Origin: a virus
Lineage: Duplodnaviria; Caudoviricetes
Virus record (IMG/VR): IMGVR_UViG_3300028593_000003
DNA length: 64,000 nucleotides
Strand: one strand, 5' to 3'
Part shown: piece after piece, positions 27,974 to 37,618 of the stretch
Position numbering within the stretch: position 1 is the stretch's first letter
How the letters are laid out: every line of letters begins with the position of its first letter
Made by a program: the position numbers and the translations under genes
The notes under the pieces: model-generated
What the model saw: the letters and a program-made list of their open reading frames with translations, nothing else
Databases searched by the model: none
Told to the model about the DNA's origin: nothing

Positions 27974-28113
27974 TAGAATATATCCCCAATTCCCTGAGCG
28001 CTAATGAAATCCACCAATACTTTATACATTGGATGGTTGTCATCGAAGCTTCTTATTTCGTAATTCAAACACAATGAGACATTCTCAAATGTATAAAAAA
28101 AGTTATAGCTCAT
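27973..28113 (-). CDS. 46-aa small protein (below the ORF-track cutoff)
   Basis: MSYNFFYTFENVSLCLNYEIRSFDDNHPMYKVLVDFISAQGIGDIF*; fills the gap and is TAATG-coupled to the fibre gene. Confidence 0.6.
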   Translation of the reverse strand: MSYNFFYTFENVSLCLNYEIRSFDDNHPMYKVLVDFISAQGIGDIF

Positions 28114-28408
28114 TTACCACCACCCTTGTCTTGTGATAAAAGGTATAGGTGCTCGTAGCTGTTTTTACAATTCTCCAAATAACATCGTACTCGCTGGGAG
28201 TTGCTGTTACAATCGGAGTAAGTAAAAAGTATATCTTGTAACCATCTACCATAGCCTGGCCTTCCGTCCAGACGGTACGACCAGTATAAATGTCCACAAC
28301 TTTCGCGTAAGCCGCATCAGGAAATACGGGGTCATCATTCTGATCCCTCACAAGTATCTCTATAGCTCTTGTCTCGTTTTGATTTACCGTAAGGTAAGTT
28401 TGGCTCAT
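28103..28408 (-). CDS. Small beta-sandwich virion protein (BppU-N-like)
   Basis: Alternating beta pattern; located in the tail cluster. Confidence 0.45.
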   Translation of the reverse strand: MSQTYLTVNQNETRAIEILVRDQNDDPVFPDAAYAKVVDIYTGRTVWTEGQAMVDGYKIYFLLTPIVTATPSEYDVIWRIVKTATSTYTFYHKTRVVVNEL

Positions 28409-28803
28409 TCCTCAAATTCTATAAAGTTTTCCAGAAACGGGAAATCAGCCGGAGCGAGAACTCCCGCTGGCAAACTGTCCAGTTTTATTTTTATCTTGTC
28501 CAGACCGAGTTCAACATCAATATCCAGCAAGTCAATCATATCCTTGTTGAAGTCTTGGATGTTTTCCGGTGGAACACTATACTGATTATTTTCAATTTTT
28601 GGTTTTCCGTTATCGTCCTTAGCACAATGGTTCTCGATAACCCTCTGTTTCGCCTCACTATAGAGCCTGAACTGCTCGTCCAGAGCCTTTGTGAGCTTCG
28701 CAATCTGATAACTTGTTTTCACCGGAAGCTCTCTTGATTTGATAAGATTTACGAGAATGTCCGTCCTTGACAACGCTTCCAACACCGAATTTTTGATAAC
28801 CAT
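28405..28803 (-). CDS. Hypothetical protein (possible fibre chaperone)
   Basis: LPVKTSYQIAK helical protein; RBS GGAGG. Confidence 0.55.
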   Translation of the reverse strand: MVIKNSVLEALSRTDILVNLIKSRELPVKTSYQIAKLTKALDEQFRLYSEAKQRVIENHCAKDDNGKPKIENNQYSVPPENIQDFNKDMIDLLDIDVELGLDKIKIKLDSLPAGVLAPADFPFLENFIEFEE

Positions 28804-28833
28804 AAAAAACCTCCTACAGTTTTATTCAATAGA

Positions 28834-28862
28834 TATTTATGAAAATATCTATGTTATTTATA
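28834..28862 (-). promoter_or_regulatory. Late promoters
   Basis: TATAAATA at 28855-28862 and variant CATAAATA at 28834-28841. Confidence 0.7.
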
Positions 28863-28867
28863 TCCTT

Positions 28868-30883
28868 TTACCAACCCGAAGCAATTGTTCTCCACCCGCC
28901 ATCACCGTACACTTTGACAGTATTATCAAAAGTATTGATACAAATTAATCCCTCATAACCATAAGCCGGGTCACCAGTATCCGTCTTGGTAATTACACCG
29001 ACAACCTCAAATGTTTTTGCACCACCGATATTCTTCTCAAGGTAAAGTGTTCCTTGGAACAAGTTCTTTGAACTATAACCGGCAGAATAGAGATTGTATC
29101 TAACCGATCCCAACAATGTACCGCCCATAGGGCAGGGAATTGCGGTGTGATCTTCAATATAAATACCGTACAGATTAGAAACTGTATATGTACTGTTTAT
29201 CGGGGGCCCCTCCCAAAACCATAATTCTGGAGCACAAACTTTAATTCCATAAAATGTTCCAATAGTAACCGCATTAGAAGCATCACTACCACACTCTAAT
29301 AGTGCTTCCGTAGTAATAAAGGCTGCTTCGGTTAAATTAATCACGCCGCCGTAGATGGCGCCTATGTCAAATACATAACGAGAACCTTTTAAGAGAGATG
29401 CAGTCAGAGTATTATTACTATAAGCTGTCATACCACAACCCACACTAAGGCCCTGGCCATCAGAGGTACAATCGTCAAAACGCGCAGATACATTTGCTGA
29501 CACCTCTAAAGCACTATTCCAATTACTACCATAAGTACAATCTCGTACTTGAGTGTTAAAAACGCCGGCACAAGCGCTCGGATTTATACAATTATTCAAT
29601 CCACAATGGGATTCAATACCATAGAGTTTGCTTTCTTCGTTTTCTCCAACCCCCTGACCGTCAGCAGACAAAGTTATTTTTATGCCATATTGAGTTGTAT
29701 CCGGTGTAGTGGCTTCGGTTGTAATATTAAGTGCGCACAGTTCGTCACTATAGCCACCGTGGTCAATACCCCCGCCATCAGTTCTTGTAGCACTAAGAGC
29801 AAAAATTTCACGGTTTTCAGATTCTCCCGTTGCACCACTCCAACTCAATGCAAGTTTGCCCAGTATATTGTCATAGGTAAAATTATTTGTGCCACCAATA
29901 ACACCAGAATCATTGAATAGAACCTGATTGTCAGAACCGGAAATTGAAATGAAACCAGTTGAAACATCCAAGTTACCACCGATTTCAACATCACCCTCAA
30001 ATTTATTCTTTGATGTTGCACCGGCAGAATAGAGATTGTAGTGACTTCCGGTAACAGGTCTTACACTATGATCATCAATATAAAGACCGTAGTTGTCTCC
30101 TATTGTTTCTACTGCCCCCACATCCGCTGCTGGGTTCAATGAAATTTTAATTCCGTATGTTTCTAATACAGTATATGTACCATCAAAGGCAAATCCACCG
30201 TGAATTGCCTCTACACCTATTTCGCTTGTTACAGTAGCGGTCACCGGCGCTATAACCATACCTTGAGCAGTAGCTTGAATACCAATTAATTCACCACTTG
30301 CATCTCCTGTGTCTGCTAATAACCACGCCCCAAAAAGGTTCTGAATAACCGCGTCAGTAGCATCATACCCCAAAGCACCAATCATATTTCGGGAACGGGT
30401 CGCGAGTTCTGCCCCGCTAGTTTGAGCATAAACTGATATACCTGCAACAGAACCAGTTCCCTTCGCGGAAAATACTGCGGCCTGAGTATCACCATAGCCA
30501 ATAGAATTAGTATCTATCACATTATGAGAAATAACCTGAAGTTTTGATGTAGAATAACGATATTCCGTAAGAGTATCAGACCCGGCCCATATAAACCCCT
30601 CAAAGAAATTCTTTGAATCTGTACCTATGGAAAGAATATTGTAGCTATTTCCTGAAATAGAAAGCGTATTGGTAGATTTATCAAATGTCAGATTCTCATT
30701 CGCACCCATCGTGCCAACATCATTGAACTGGATTTGTTTATCTGCTCCGGCGGCTTCTGGTGTTGCAGCGGCATCCCAAGATAATCCACCCAAACCATCG
30801 TTGAATAAATAGCCTGGTGCATCGGCCGGAAAAGCGGCCCCGCCACCAGCTAATGATTTACCAAAAGGTGTTCCAAAATTCAT
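28868..30883 (-). CDS. Tail fibre/spike-like protein (671 aa)
   Basis: Repeated G.D.Q(I/V).FND.G..G...N.T(F/Y)D and YG.YI.DH...YNLYSAG..SKN.F.G; Gly-rich beta-helix character. Confidence 0.65.
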   Translation of the reverse strand: MNFGTPFGKSLAGGGAAFPADAPGYLFNDGLGGLSWDAAATPEAAGADKQIQFNDVGTMGANENLTFDKSTNTLSISGNSYNILSIGTDSKNFFEGFIWAGSDTLTEYRYSTSKLQVISHNVIDTNSIGYGDTQAAVFSAKGTGSVAGISVYAQTSGAELATRSRNMIGALGYDATDAVIQNLFGAWLLADTGDASGELIGIQATAQGMVIAPVTATVTSEIGVEAIHGGFAFDGTYTVLETYGIKISLNPAADVGAVETIGDNYGLYIDDHSVRPVTGSHYNLYSAGATSKNKFEGDVEIGGNLDVSTGFISISGSDNQVLFNDSGVIGGTNNFTYDNILGKLALSWSGATGESENREIFALSATRTDGGGIDHGGYSDELCALNITTEATTPDTTQYGIKITLSADGQGVGENEESKLYGIESHCGLNNCINPSACAGVFNTQVRDCTYGSNWNSALEVSANVSARFDDCTSDGQGLSVGCGMTAYSNNTLTASLLKGSRYVFDIGAIYGGVINLTEAAFITTEALLECGSDASNAVTIGTFYGIKVCAPELWFWEGPPINSTYTVSNLYGIYIEDHTAIPCPMGGTLLGSVRYNLYSAGYSSKNLFQGTLYLEKNIGGAKTFEVVGVITKTDTGDPAYGYEGLICINTFDNTVKVYGDGGWRTIASGW

Positions 30884-30898
30884 ATTTCTAATCCTCCG

Positions 30899-31219
30899 TT
30901 AAAATTCGGGCGTAATCACAAATGCACCTGGCACACCACTTGCGGCACTAATATATCTGAAATTGAGTATATTGTCTCTACCAACGACCCTGAAGGCATC
31001 ACCGTCTGACATAATATGTCCTATACCACTCGCCCCCTGTGTGGGTGTTTCCTTCCATGCAATTCTTATACTTGCGGTTTCACAGGTAATGAGAACCGAT
31101 ACCGATGGATTGCCATCTCCGTCAACAATTGCCGCGGATGGGAAAGCTGTTGCCGTATCCGTAGAAGCAACACGCATTGTTGGCCCATATACTCCCGTCA
31201 TTGAAAAATCTCTTTCCAT
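30899..31219 (-). CDS. Putative structural protein
   Basis: 106 aa; RBS GGAGG. Confidence 0.55.
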   Translation of the reverse strand: MERDFSMTGVYGPTMRVASTDTATAFPSAAIVDGDGNPSVSVLITCETASIRIAWKETPTQGASGIGHIMSDGDAFRVVGRDNILNFRYISAASGVPGAFVITPEF

Positions 31220-31231
31220 ATTTCTCCTCCG

Positions 31232-31726
31232 TTATAACCCAAATCTTCTTTGTTCTGCTTTGAGCCACTTCATTCCTTTCTGTTTGGCTCTTGTTATTCT
31301 CGATGAAAAATCTTTTCGCCAAGTTCCGATGATGGCGACCTGCATTTCATCACCACGAAATTCCTTGGCATCCCTGATATATCCCGCGCCGAGGATGTAT
31401 CTTCTTATGGCTATAACCATCCAAGGCCATCTCTTCTTTATCAATTTCCAAGTCAGAAGAATGTGGCCGTGATTTTTCTCCAATGTGTCCATCCACACCT
31501 TGGCAAAAATCTTCCTCTGGTTTCGAGGGATATAGGTAAAATTGATGCCCTGAATATAATTGTGCATCTTTCTCGTCTTGGGATGAATACCACGAATAGC
31601 GTTGATACAGATTATGGTTGGTTCGGGATCATTTTCATAATTCAGATATTTGAACCTGTAAATGTGACCCGATTTGAAAGAAACCCTTCCTTCCCTTACA
31701 CTATATACTTTGTTCAATTGTGGCAT
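31232..31726 (-). CDS. DNA end protector (T4 gp2-like)
   Basis: GHIYRFKY...D.EP...QGINFTYIP...IRRY; adjacent to gp4. Confidence 0.6.
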   Translation of the reverse strand: MPQLNKVYSVREGRVSFKSGHIYRFKYLNYENDPEPTIICINAIRGIHPKTRKMHNYIQGINFTYIPRNQRKIFAKVWMDTLEKNHGHILLTWKLIKKRWPWMVIAIRRYILGAGYIRDAKEFRGDEMQVAIIGTWRKDFSSRITRAKQKGMKWLKAEQRRFGL

Positions 31727-31728
31727 TT

Positions 31729-32187
31729 TTACCTACCAAACAATTCCTTTTCAGTAAATATTTTAAACTCGTAACCCCGTTTTCTACAGAACTCCGAGGC
31801 GGCAGACCATTTGGCCTGATTTCTTGAGTAGGTTATCTGTTCATATATTTTTGTCTTGACAGATTTATTGCCCTTGCTCTTTGGGGGAATGGTTTCCCTG
31901 TGAGGCTTTATTTCAACAACATAGATAACTTCCTTTTTGTTTTTATCCAGAACTCTTAGCATAAAATCCGGATAATATCGTCTGTGTTTCTTGTTTACAG
32001 GATCAAAATACGGTATCTCGATGCCCTCGGAAGCCCAAGTTATGACACTTGGATTTACATCACACCATTGGGCGAATTTCCTTTCCCATTCACTTCTTAT
32101 AAGTATCGGCCATTTCCCCTTGTACTTCTCCGGAAATTTGGGTTGAAATGCCGAAGTCTTATCTGTAATATGATGTTTTATGAACAA
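31729..32187 (-). CDS. Head completion nuclease (T4 gp4-like, TnsA-N fold)
   Basis: RSEWERKF..WCD.NP....WASE...IPY...YYPDF...EIKP...NQAKW.AA. Confidence 0.93.
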   Translation of the reverse strand: MFIKHHITDKTSAFQPKFPEKYKGKWPILIRSEWERKFAQWCDVNPSVITWASEGIEIPYFDPVNKKHRRYYPDFMLRVLDKNKKEVIYVVEIKPHRETIPPKSKGNKSVKTKIYEQITYSRNQAKWSAASEFCRKRGYEFKIFTEKELFGR

Positions 32188-32189
32188 AA

Positions 32190-32384
32190 CTAATCCCTGT
32201 ATGTATCCCTGTACCGTTCCAATGATTTTTGGAGCGCTTCTTTTCTTTTTCTCAATGCTTCTTTTGTATTTTTATCTTCCGTGCTCTGGATTTGTTTTTC
32301 CAAATCCTGTATCTGTTTTTTTAACCTTATTCTCGCATTTATTGTCTGTGTATCATCTTCAGAGAGAAATTCGTAAAGTCTCAT
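32190..32384 (-). CDS. Small coiled-coil protein with CTS-like N-terminus
   Basis: MRLYEFLSE. Confidence 0.6.
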   Translation of the reverse strand: MRLYEFLSEDDTQTINARIRLKKQIQDLEKQIQSTEDKNTKEALRKRKEALQKSLERYRDTYRD

Positions 32385-32803
32385 TTTTCTTCCTTTTCAT
32401 ACTCTTCCGCTTCTTCCTTGGTCTTGTGAACCGTTCCCGGCGGATGATGTGGAGGAGCATATAAACTGTAAAGCTTCAATTTCTTCGTGGAGGATGTATT
32501 CACAACATTGTGATATGTTCCCTGTCTGATAAGAATTGAACTGCCATCTTTTATCGGGATTTCCTCTTTATTATTTACAACTACTTTTCCCTCTCCCTCA
32601 TCAATACGGAAGAACTGGTCTGTATCATTGTGAACCTCATTCCCGATTTCACTATTGGGCTCAATGGCCATCAGAACAAGTTGAAGATGTTTTCCTGTAT
32701 ACAGAACTTTTCGGAAATAATTATTTTCAACAGTTTCATCTTCAATATCTCTCACATCAAATGGTTTTTGCTCTTCTTCTTTCAGATAATCTTTGAATTT
32801 CAT
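32381..32803 (-). CDS. Cupin protein with CTS-like N-terminus
   Basis: MKFKDYLKEE, then NNYFRKVLYTG.HLQLVLM...EIG.EVH...DQFFRI..G.G...HNV.N...KLYSLYAPPHH. Confidence 0.85.
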   Translation of the reverse strand: MKFKDYLKEEEQKPFDVRDIEDETVENNYFRKVLYTGKHLQLVLMAIEPNSEIGNEVHNDTDQFFRIDEGEGKVVVNNKEEIPIKDGSSILIRQGTYHNVVNTSSTKKLKLYSLYAPPHHPPGTVHKTKEEAEEYEKEEK

Positions 32804-32816
32804 TATTTCCCCCAAT

Positions 32817-33002
32817 TTATCTCGTCAGTTTATCGAATGCAAGGCCGATCTTATGCCAGTCAATCCAACCATCTCCACCTCTATTCATCACCATTTGGTT
32901 CAGAATAAAATCATAGGCCCCATCTTCTCCATATTCGGCAAGAAGATTTTCTGCTTCCTGTCTATAATTTATCGCCTCGGTCAAATAATTTTTAAATTTC
33001 AT
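32817..33002 (-). CDS. Small protein with CTS-like N-terminus
   Basis: MKFKNYLTE. Confidence 0.6.
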   Translation of the reverse strand: MKFKNYLTEAINYRQEAENLLAEYGEDGAYDFILNQMVMNRGGDGWIDWHKIGLAFDKLTR

Positions 33003-33376
33003 TATGCCGGCTCCGTATCATATGACCCACATTTCGGGCATTTTACTTCGTAGGTACTTGGCCCAATTTTTTTCTTGAATGTCTTACCACATTCCATACA
33101 CTTCATATTAGTGGGTGGGCCTGTCATTCTTCTTGAAGAACCAGAACCGGGCTGTCCGGGCCAGCGATGGGCTGGGCCGCGCTGAGACATAAAATGCTCA
33201 GAGACAAGATATTTGTCAATTAGCCTGTCTATACTCTCATTCTTTTCTGTATTCTGTTCCCACATTGAATAACAAATTGCCGCGGCCTCGTCCTGCTCGT
33301 GGCCTTCACCTTTCAGAATTGGAATACAACGGGCAATATATTCGTCTTTTTTTTCTCCTGCTTCCGGTTTCGGCAT
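33002..33376 (-). CDS. Hypothetical protein with C-terminal zinc ribbon
   Basis: Start MPKPEAGEKKDEYIARC (RBS GGAGG); CMECG...CPKCG. Confidence 0.65.
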   Translation of the reverse strand: MPKPEAGEKKDEYIARCIPILKGEGHEQDEAAAICYSMWEQNTEKNESIDRLIDKYLVSEHFMSQRGPAHRWPGQPGSGSSRRMTGPPTNMKCMECGKTFKKKIGPSTYEVKCPKCGSYDTEPA

Positions 33377-33377
33377 A

Positions 33378-33671
33378 TTATCCTCCAAATTTACCCAGCT
33401 CTTTTCTTGCCATCTTTTCAAATTCATCTGGTTCCAGATATTCATCTACATTGACCAGATTTATATGTTTTGAGGTTGTCCGACTATATTTTTCCGCCGT
33501 GGCATATGTTCTGTCGTTTGCTTCAAACGCTACAAGTGTCTCGTATGAAAAATACAGTACGGTTTCCCCGACATTTACTCTCACGAAATTCGGGGCCATC
33601 TGCTTCAAATGTGCCAAGCCTGGCGCAGAGGCCTCTGTCAGAACATCCCTGTCTTTTATAATTTTTCCCAT
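33378..33671 (-). CDS. Hypothetical protein
   Basis: 97 aa; FSYETLVAF...YSRTTSKHIN. Confidence 0.6.
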   Translation of the reverse strand: MGKIIKDRDVLTEASAPGLAHLKQMAPNFVRVNVGETVLYFSYETLVAFEANDRTYATAEKYSRTTSKHINLVNVDEYLEPDEFEKMARKELGKFGG

Positions 33672-33672
33672 A

Positions 33673-33966
33673 TTAATCCTCTTCTTTCTTTTCTTTGCCG
33701 AATTTTTTCCTCAAAAGGTCTTTCGCGTGCTCAAGGGCACTTTTCCTGGCATCGGAAATCTTGTCACCGGCCCTATTGATATAAAAATTGAGCCTGCTCA
33801 TAGCCTGTTTCAAATCATCACTCTGCGAATGAAGAACTTTCGCGATGTTCTCGGCGCTCGATGTGAAAAGACCTTCCGGTGGCTCCCATTTGGTTGACAC
33901 CTCACCTGACCATAATTTCTCATTGACAAGGAAAAGGTCAATTCTTTCTAAAAGGTCGCGTTTCAT
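33673..33966 (-). CDS. DUF3175-like protein
   Basis: PPEGLFT...IA..L...AMSRLNFYINRAG...LE.AK..LR. Confidence 0.7.
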   Translation of the reverse strand: MKRDLLERIDLFLVNEKLWSGEVSTKWEPPEGLFTSSAENIAKVLHSQSDDLKQAMSRLNFYINRAGDKISDARKSALEHAKDLLRKKFGKEKKEED

Positions 33967-34313
33967 TGTATTCCTCCCGTTTTATCTAGCTGTTCCTTTA
34001 CTTTCTCTCGTTCTCTGATAACATTGTTATAATCTTCCCGTAAATCCTGATCACTTGGATATTTCTTCATCAGGATTTTGAGATTGACCATCTGATCTGT
34101 AAGGGTCGTGTATCTCTGTTGCAATCTGTCTCTTTGATAATCCTGTTTGAATTGCTGAAAGGTTTGAACTGTTTGCTGCTCCATTTGCGCCAGTTCTTTA
34201 CTCCTCGCATATCTGCTATCAAGACCAAAAAGTGAACTTACAAGACCAAGAATAATACCCATTGTTATAAGTATATTTTTCACATTTATCTCTGGCATAT
34301 AATCCACCCCCAT
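33963..34313 (-). CDS. Membrane-anchored coiled-coil protein
   Basis: N-terminal TM followed by a coiled coil. Confidence 0.6.
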   Translation of the reverse strand: MGVDYMPEINVKNILITMGIILGLVSSLFGLDSRYARSKELAQMEQQTVQTFQQFKQDYQRDRLQQRYTTLTDQMVNLKILMKKYPSDQDLREDYNNVIREREKVKEQLDKTGGIQ

Positions 34314-34326
34314 ACTTTGTCAATAG

Positions 34327-34360
34327 TATTTATATTTATTTACTGTCTTTCCTATAAATA
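34327..34360. promoter_or_regulatory. Divergent late promoters
   Basis: TATAAATA minus at 34327-34334 and plus at 34353-34360, at the strand switch. Confidence 0.75.
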
Positions 34361-34395
34361 ATACTGAATATTCGTCATTCGGGCGGTGGAGGTTT

Positions 34396-35370
34396 ATGGG
34401 AAACGATATTTGTCAGAAAACCGTAGATTATTTGAACTATGTTATTGATTTCCTACCTGATATCATTTTCGCGATTGATTTGGACGGCAAAGTCATTGCG
34501 TGGAACAAGCAGATGGAAATATTTGCCGGAAAAAGGAAAACAGATGTAATGGGTCTTGGTAGAGAAGCATATTCGACGCCATTTTACGGTTATGACAGGA
34601 AACTTCTCATTGATCTGGTATTTTCCGAGGATACGGAAACAGAAAATACATATGACAAGTTTTGCAGAAAAAGCGACGGAACAGTTGAGGGGTATATATA
34701 TATCCCATATCTGAATAGATATATGTGGGGTATGGCATCCCCCATAAAAGACGCTGAGGGGGATATCATCGGTGCCGTTGAATCTATAAGGGATGTTACT
34801 GATGTGGTTGACACAAGAAAAATGGTTAATCTCTCAAGTAAACTTATTGATCATATACCGGAATTGGTCTGGGCAAAGGATATAAACAATAGATATCTGT
34901 TTGCAAATAAGAAGTTTATGGATGTTTTACAGATATCGGATAAAGACATAAGAGGAATAAAATCCTCTGACTTGTTTGGTGAAACAAAATTTGAAGTTTC
35001 TGATGATAGAGTAAAGGAACTTGGAACGCAAGAATATGTAGATAGTGTAAAAATACCCACCGGAGAAACCATTTGGTTGAAAATATGCAAGATGCCCTTC
35101 TTTGATGATAAAAATAGACTTATAGGAACTATAGGGAGTGCCAGAGATATAACGAAGAAAATAAAAATTACTGAGGAGAGAGATGTAGAAATTAACCGCC
35201 TAAAAAAGACCGTTGAAGAAGAAATAGAAAGCTGGAAAAAAGAAAACGAAGAGAAACACAAAGAGCTATCCATCAAAATATCCCAATCAATAACAATATT
35301 AAAAAATCTACAGCTAAGCAACGGTGTAATAACCCCATTGGAAAGTAAGAAAGAGGAGCTAATATTTTAA
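34396..35370 (+). CDS. Tandem PAS-domain protein
   Basis: LPDIIFAIDLDGKVIAWN...GAVESIRDVT; IPELVWAKD..NRYLFAN...GTIGSARDIT; C-terminal coiled coil. Confidence 0.9.
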   Translation: MGNDICQKTVDYLNYVIDFLPDIIFAIDLDGKVIAWNKQMEIFAGKRKTDVMGLGREAYSTPFYGYDRKLLIDLVFSEDTETENTYDKFCRKSDGTVEGYIYIPYLNRYMWGMASPIKDAEGDIIGAVESIRDVTDVVDTRKMVNLSSKLIDHIPELVWAKDINNRYLFANKKFMDVLQISDKDIRGIKSSDLFGETKFEVSDDRVKELGTQEYVDSVKIPTGETIWLKICKMPFFDDKNRLIGTIGSARDITKKIKITEERDVEINRLKKTVEEEIESWKKENEEKHKELSIKISQSITILKNLQLSNGVITPLESKKEELIF

Positions 35371-35912
35371 TGTCCGAAGAAAGATTAATTCCCGAAACAA
35401 TAGTCAAGCTATTATTTGACCAGATAAAAAGTTCTGCTGACACCAATACATCTTCCATTCAGAAACTTGGTGATGCGATCAATGAAATTACCAAGGTTCA
35501 ATCTTCTCTCGCAACAAAAAAAGACCTTATAGATGAGATAAAAGGTCTTGATGGAAAGGAGAGTGAGAGATTAAAATATCTGATTCAGAAAATAGAGAAA
35601 ACAGAGGAAATACTGGGAACAAGAGTAAATGGTGTAGGAAGGAAAGTTGAGGATGAAGAAGATTCCATAAATAAAATAGAAATTATAGAAAAGAAAGTTG
35701 ATGGTATAGAAAAAAAGGTAGACGATATATCATCAAAAATAAAGACGATGATAACAGTTGTCATCGTTTCCTTTGCATTGCTACTGGGTGTTTTTTATTT
35801 TGTAAAAAGTGCAACCGATGTTTCTGTCAGAAATGCAATTGAGGGGGCTGTAAAAGAGATAATCACCACAAGACCATCCAATATATATCCACCATCGCCC
35901 GGAGGAAGATAA
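35370..35912 (+). CDS. Coiled-coil protein with C-terminal TM
   Basis: TAATG-coupled to the PAS gene; ITVVIVSFALLLGVFYF. Confidence 0.7.
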   Translation: MSEERLIPETIVKLLFDQIKSSADTNTSSIQKLGDAINEITKVQSSLATKKDLIDEIKGLDGKESERLKYLIQKIEKTEEILGTRVNGVGRKVEDEEDSINKIEIIEKKVDGIEKKVDDISSKIKTMITVVIVSFALLLGVFYFVKSATDVSVRNAIEGAVKEIITTRPSNIYPPSPGGR

Positions 35913-35913
35913 G

Positions 35914-36282
35914 ATGAGGTTGTTGAATTTCTTGAAGAGTATTGAGGAACAGGATGGCGGTATGGTTGGTGCGACTACAACCGCAAGTATCGCCCAATAT
36001 CCTGTCAGGCTCGGTATTGGAATTACCAGAAGGGAAGCCACCAAAAATTGGAGAAGATGGAAAAAGAAAAGGAAAAAAGTCGAGGAGCAGGAAGCCAGTA
36101 TCGGGATGCCTGGTGGTTGGGGTTCGGCTGGTGGGTCACCCACAACAAAACAAATATTACAGGATCCTGTAAAGCACGATTACGGTATGACAAGAAGGGA
36201 AGCCACCAAAAATTGGCGCAGACGCAAAAAAAGGATGAAGGAATTATTCCAAAATGGCACATCTCATTCAATATCTGATTGA
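35914..36282 (+). CDS. Basic repeat protein with CTS-like N-terminus
   Basis: MRLLNFLKSIEE; two TRREATKNWRR units (24-bp exact repeat at 36028-36051 and 36193-36216). Confidence 0.65.
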   Translation: MRLLNFLKSIEEQDGGMVGATTTASIAQYPVRLGIGITRREATKNWRRWKKKRKKVEEQEASIGMPGGWGSAGGSPTTKQILQDPVKHDYGMTRREATKNWRRRKKRMKELFQNGTSHSISD

Positions 36283-37618
36283 ACAGAATATAGACAAAGT
36301 AAGATTTGTAGTTCTTACTGGCAGAAAACCAAATGGTGAAAATGAACTGATCAGGACGGCCAGAGTTATCAAGGAAACTTGTGATAAAAAAGGTGTGCCC
36401 TGTTATGTCGTATTTGCTGAGGATGGATATATTTCCAGAAAGAACGGAAAAGTTTATATCCACAATATTGAAGATGATAAGGGTTTCGAAATCAATTCTC
36501 AAGACACGGTTGTTATCGTGAGAGGAAGCGTCACCAAGTCACAATCAAGCCTTGACCTTCTTTCCCAAATCGAGAGACATAATATCTTTTGTGTAAATCA
36601 CAGATTGACACTTGAACAATGTGCTGACAAGTACAGAACAGCTCTCGTACTTGCGGATGCGGGAGTGTCAACGCCCAAAACAGCCATTGTCAATAACGAA
36701 AAGGGTCTGGAAATCGCGTTCAAGAAAATGGGAAGAAGGTTCCCTGTCATTCTCAAGACATTGACTGGCTCAAAAGGCGTCGGTGTATTTGTCGCAGACA
36801 GCTGGGAAGGATTGAAATCAACCCTGCAAGCCATCTGGAAAATAAATCATAGTGTTGAAATCATTATGCAGAGATTTCTTGAGGCTGACTATGATCTCCG
36901 TGTTCACGTTCTTGGAGATAAAGTCATCGCGGCAATGAAGAGGAAAAAAATAAAGGGAGATTTCCGCTCCAACTATTCTCTCGGCGGTAAAGTCGAAAAA
37001 GTGGAGTTACAGGATGACGAAATTGAACTCGCCATCGCGGCCTCGAAAGCCGTGGGGGCGACTTGGTGTGGTGTCGATATAATGAGAAACAAGAAGGACA
37101 AAAAGCTTTTTGTCCTCGAAGTCAATTCATCGCCCGGCACAGAGGGGATTGAAAAGGCCACGGGAAAATCGGTTGTAACAAAGGTGGTCAATTACCTTCT
37201 GGACAAAAGAAACTGGTCGAGAAGGCCAATAGAGTGTGGCTACCTTGAGACAATGGAACTGGAAGGCATCGGGCCCGTAGAAGCCAAACTTGATACAGGT
37301 AACGGCTCTTTCTGTGTCATTCACGCCGAGGAATATGAGGTGGATGGAAATAAAGTTACTTGGCTATTCAACGGAAAGGAAATCACAAGTGAACTTGAAA
37401 GTGAAAGAACCATCAAGGTTGGTGGACTGAAAACTGGAACAGTAGACAGGCCGGTAATCTGGTTGGATGTCAAATTCAGAGGTGAAACTTACAGGATGAG
37501 ATTTGCCCTGAATTACAGGGGTGACAGAAAGACTTATCTATTGATGAATAGAAACTTCATTCGTAAGGCAAATCTGATAATCAATCCTCGCAGAAAGCAT
37601 GTGTTCACGAAAGATTAG
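36254..37618 (+). CDS. rimK: RimK-family ATP-grasp ligase fused to a RimB-like (retropepsin-fold) protease
   Basis: DKYRT, PVILKTLTGSKGVGV, DLRVHV, FRSNYSLGG, GVDI, EVNSSPG; C-terminal AKLDTGNG. Confidence 0.9.
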   Translation: MAHLIQYLIEQNIDKVRFVVLTGRKPNGENELIRTARVIKETCDKKGVPCYVVFAEDGYISRKNGKVYIHNIEDDKGFEINSQDTVVIVRGSVTKSQSSLDLLSQIERHNIFCVNHRLTLEQCADKYRTALVLADAGVSTPKTAIVNNEKGLEIAFKKMGRRFPVILKTLTGSKGVGVFVADSWEGLKSTLQAIWKINHSVEIIMQRFLEADYDLRVHVLGDKVIAAMKRKKIKGDFRSNYSLGGKVEKVELQDDEIELAIAASKAVGATWCGVDIMRNKKDKKLFVLEVNSSPGTEGIEKATGKSVVTKVVNYLLDKRNWSRRPIECGYLETMELEGIGPVEAKLDTGNGSFCVIHAEEYEVDGNKVTWLFNGKEITSELESERTIKVGGLKTGTVDRPVIWLDVKFRGETYRMRFALNYRGDRKTYLLMNRNFIRKANLIINPRRKHVFTKD

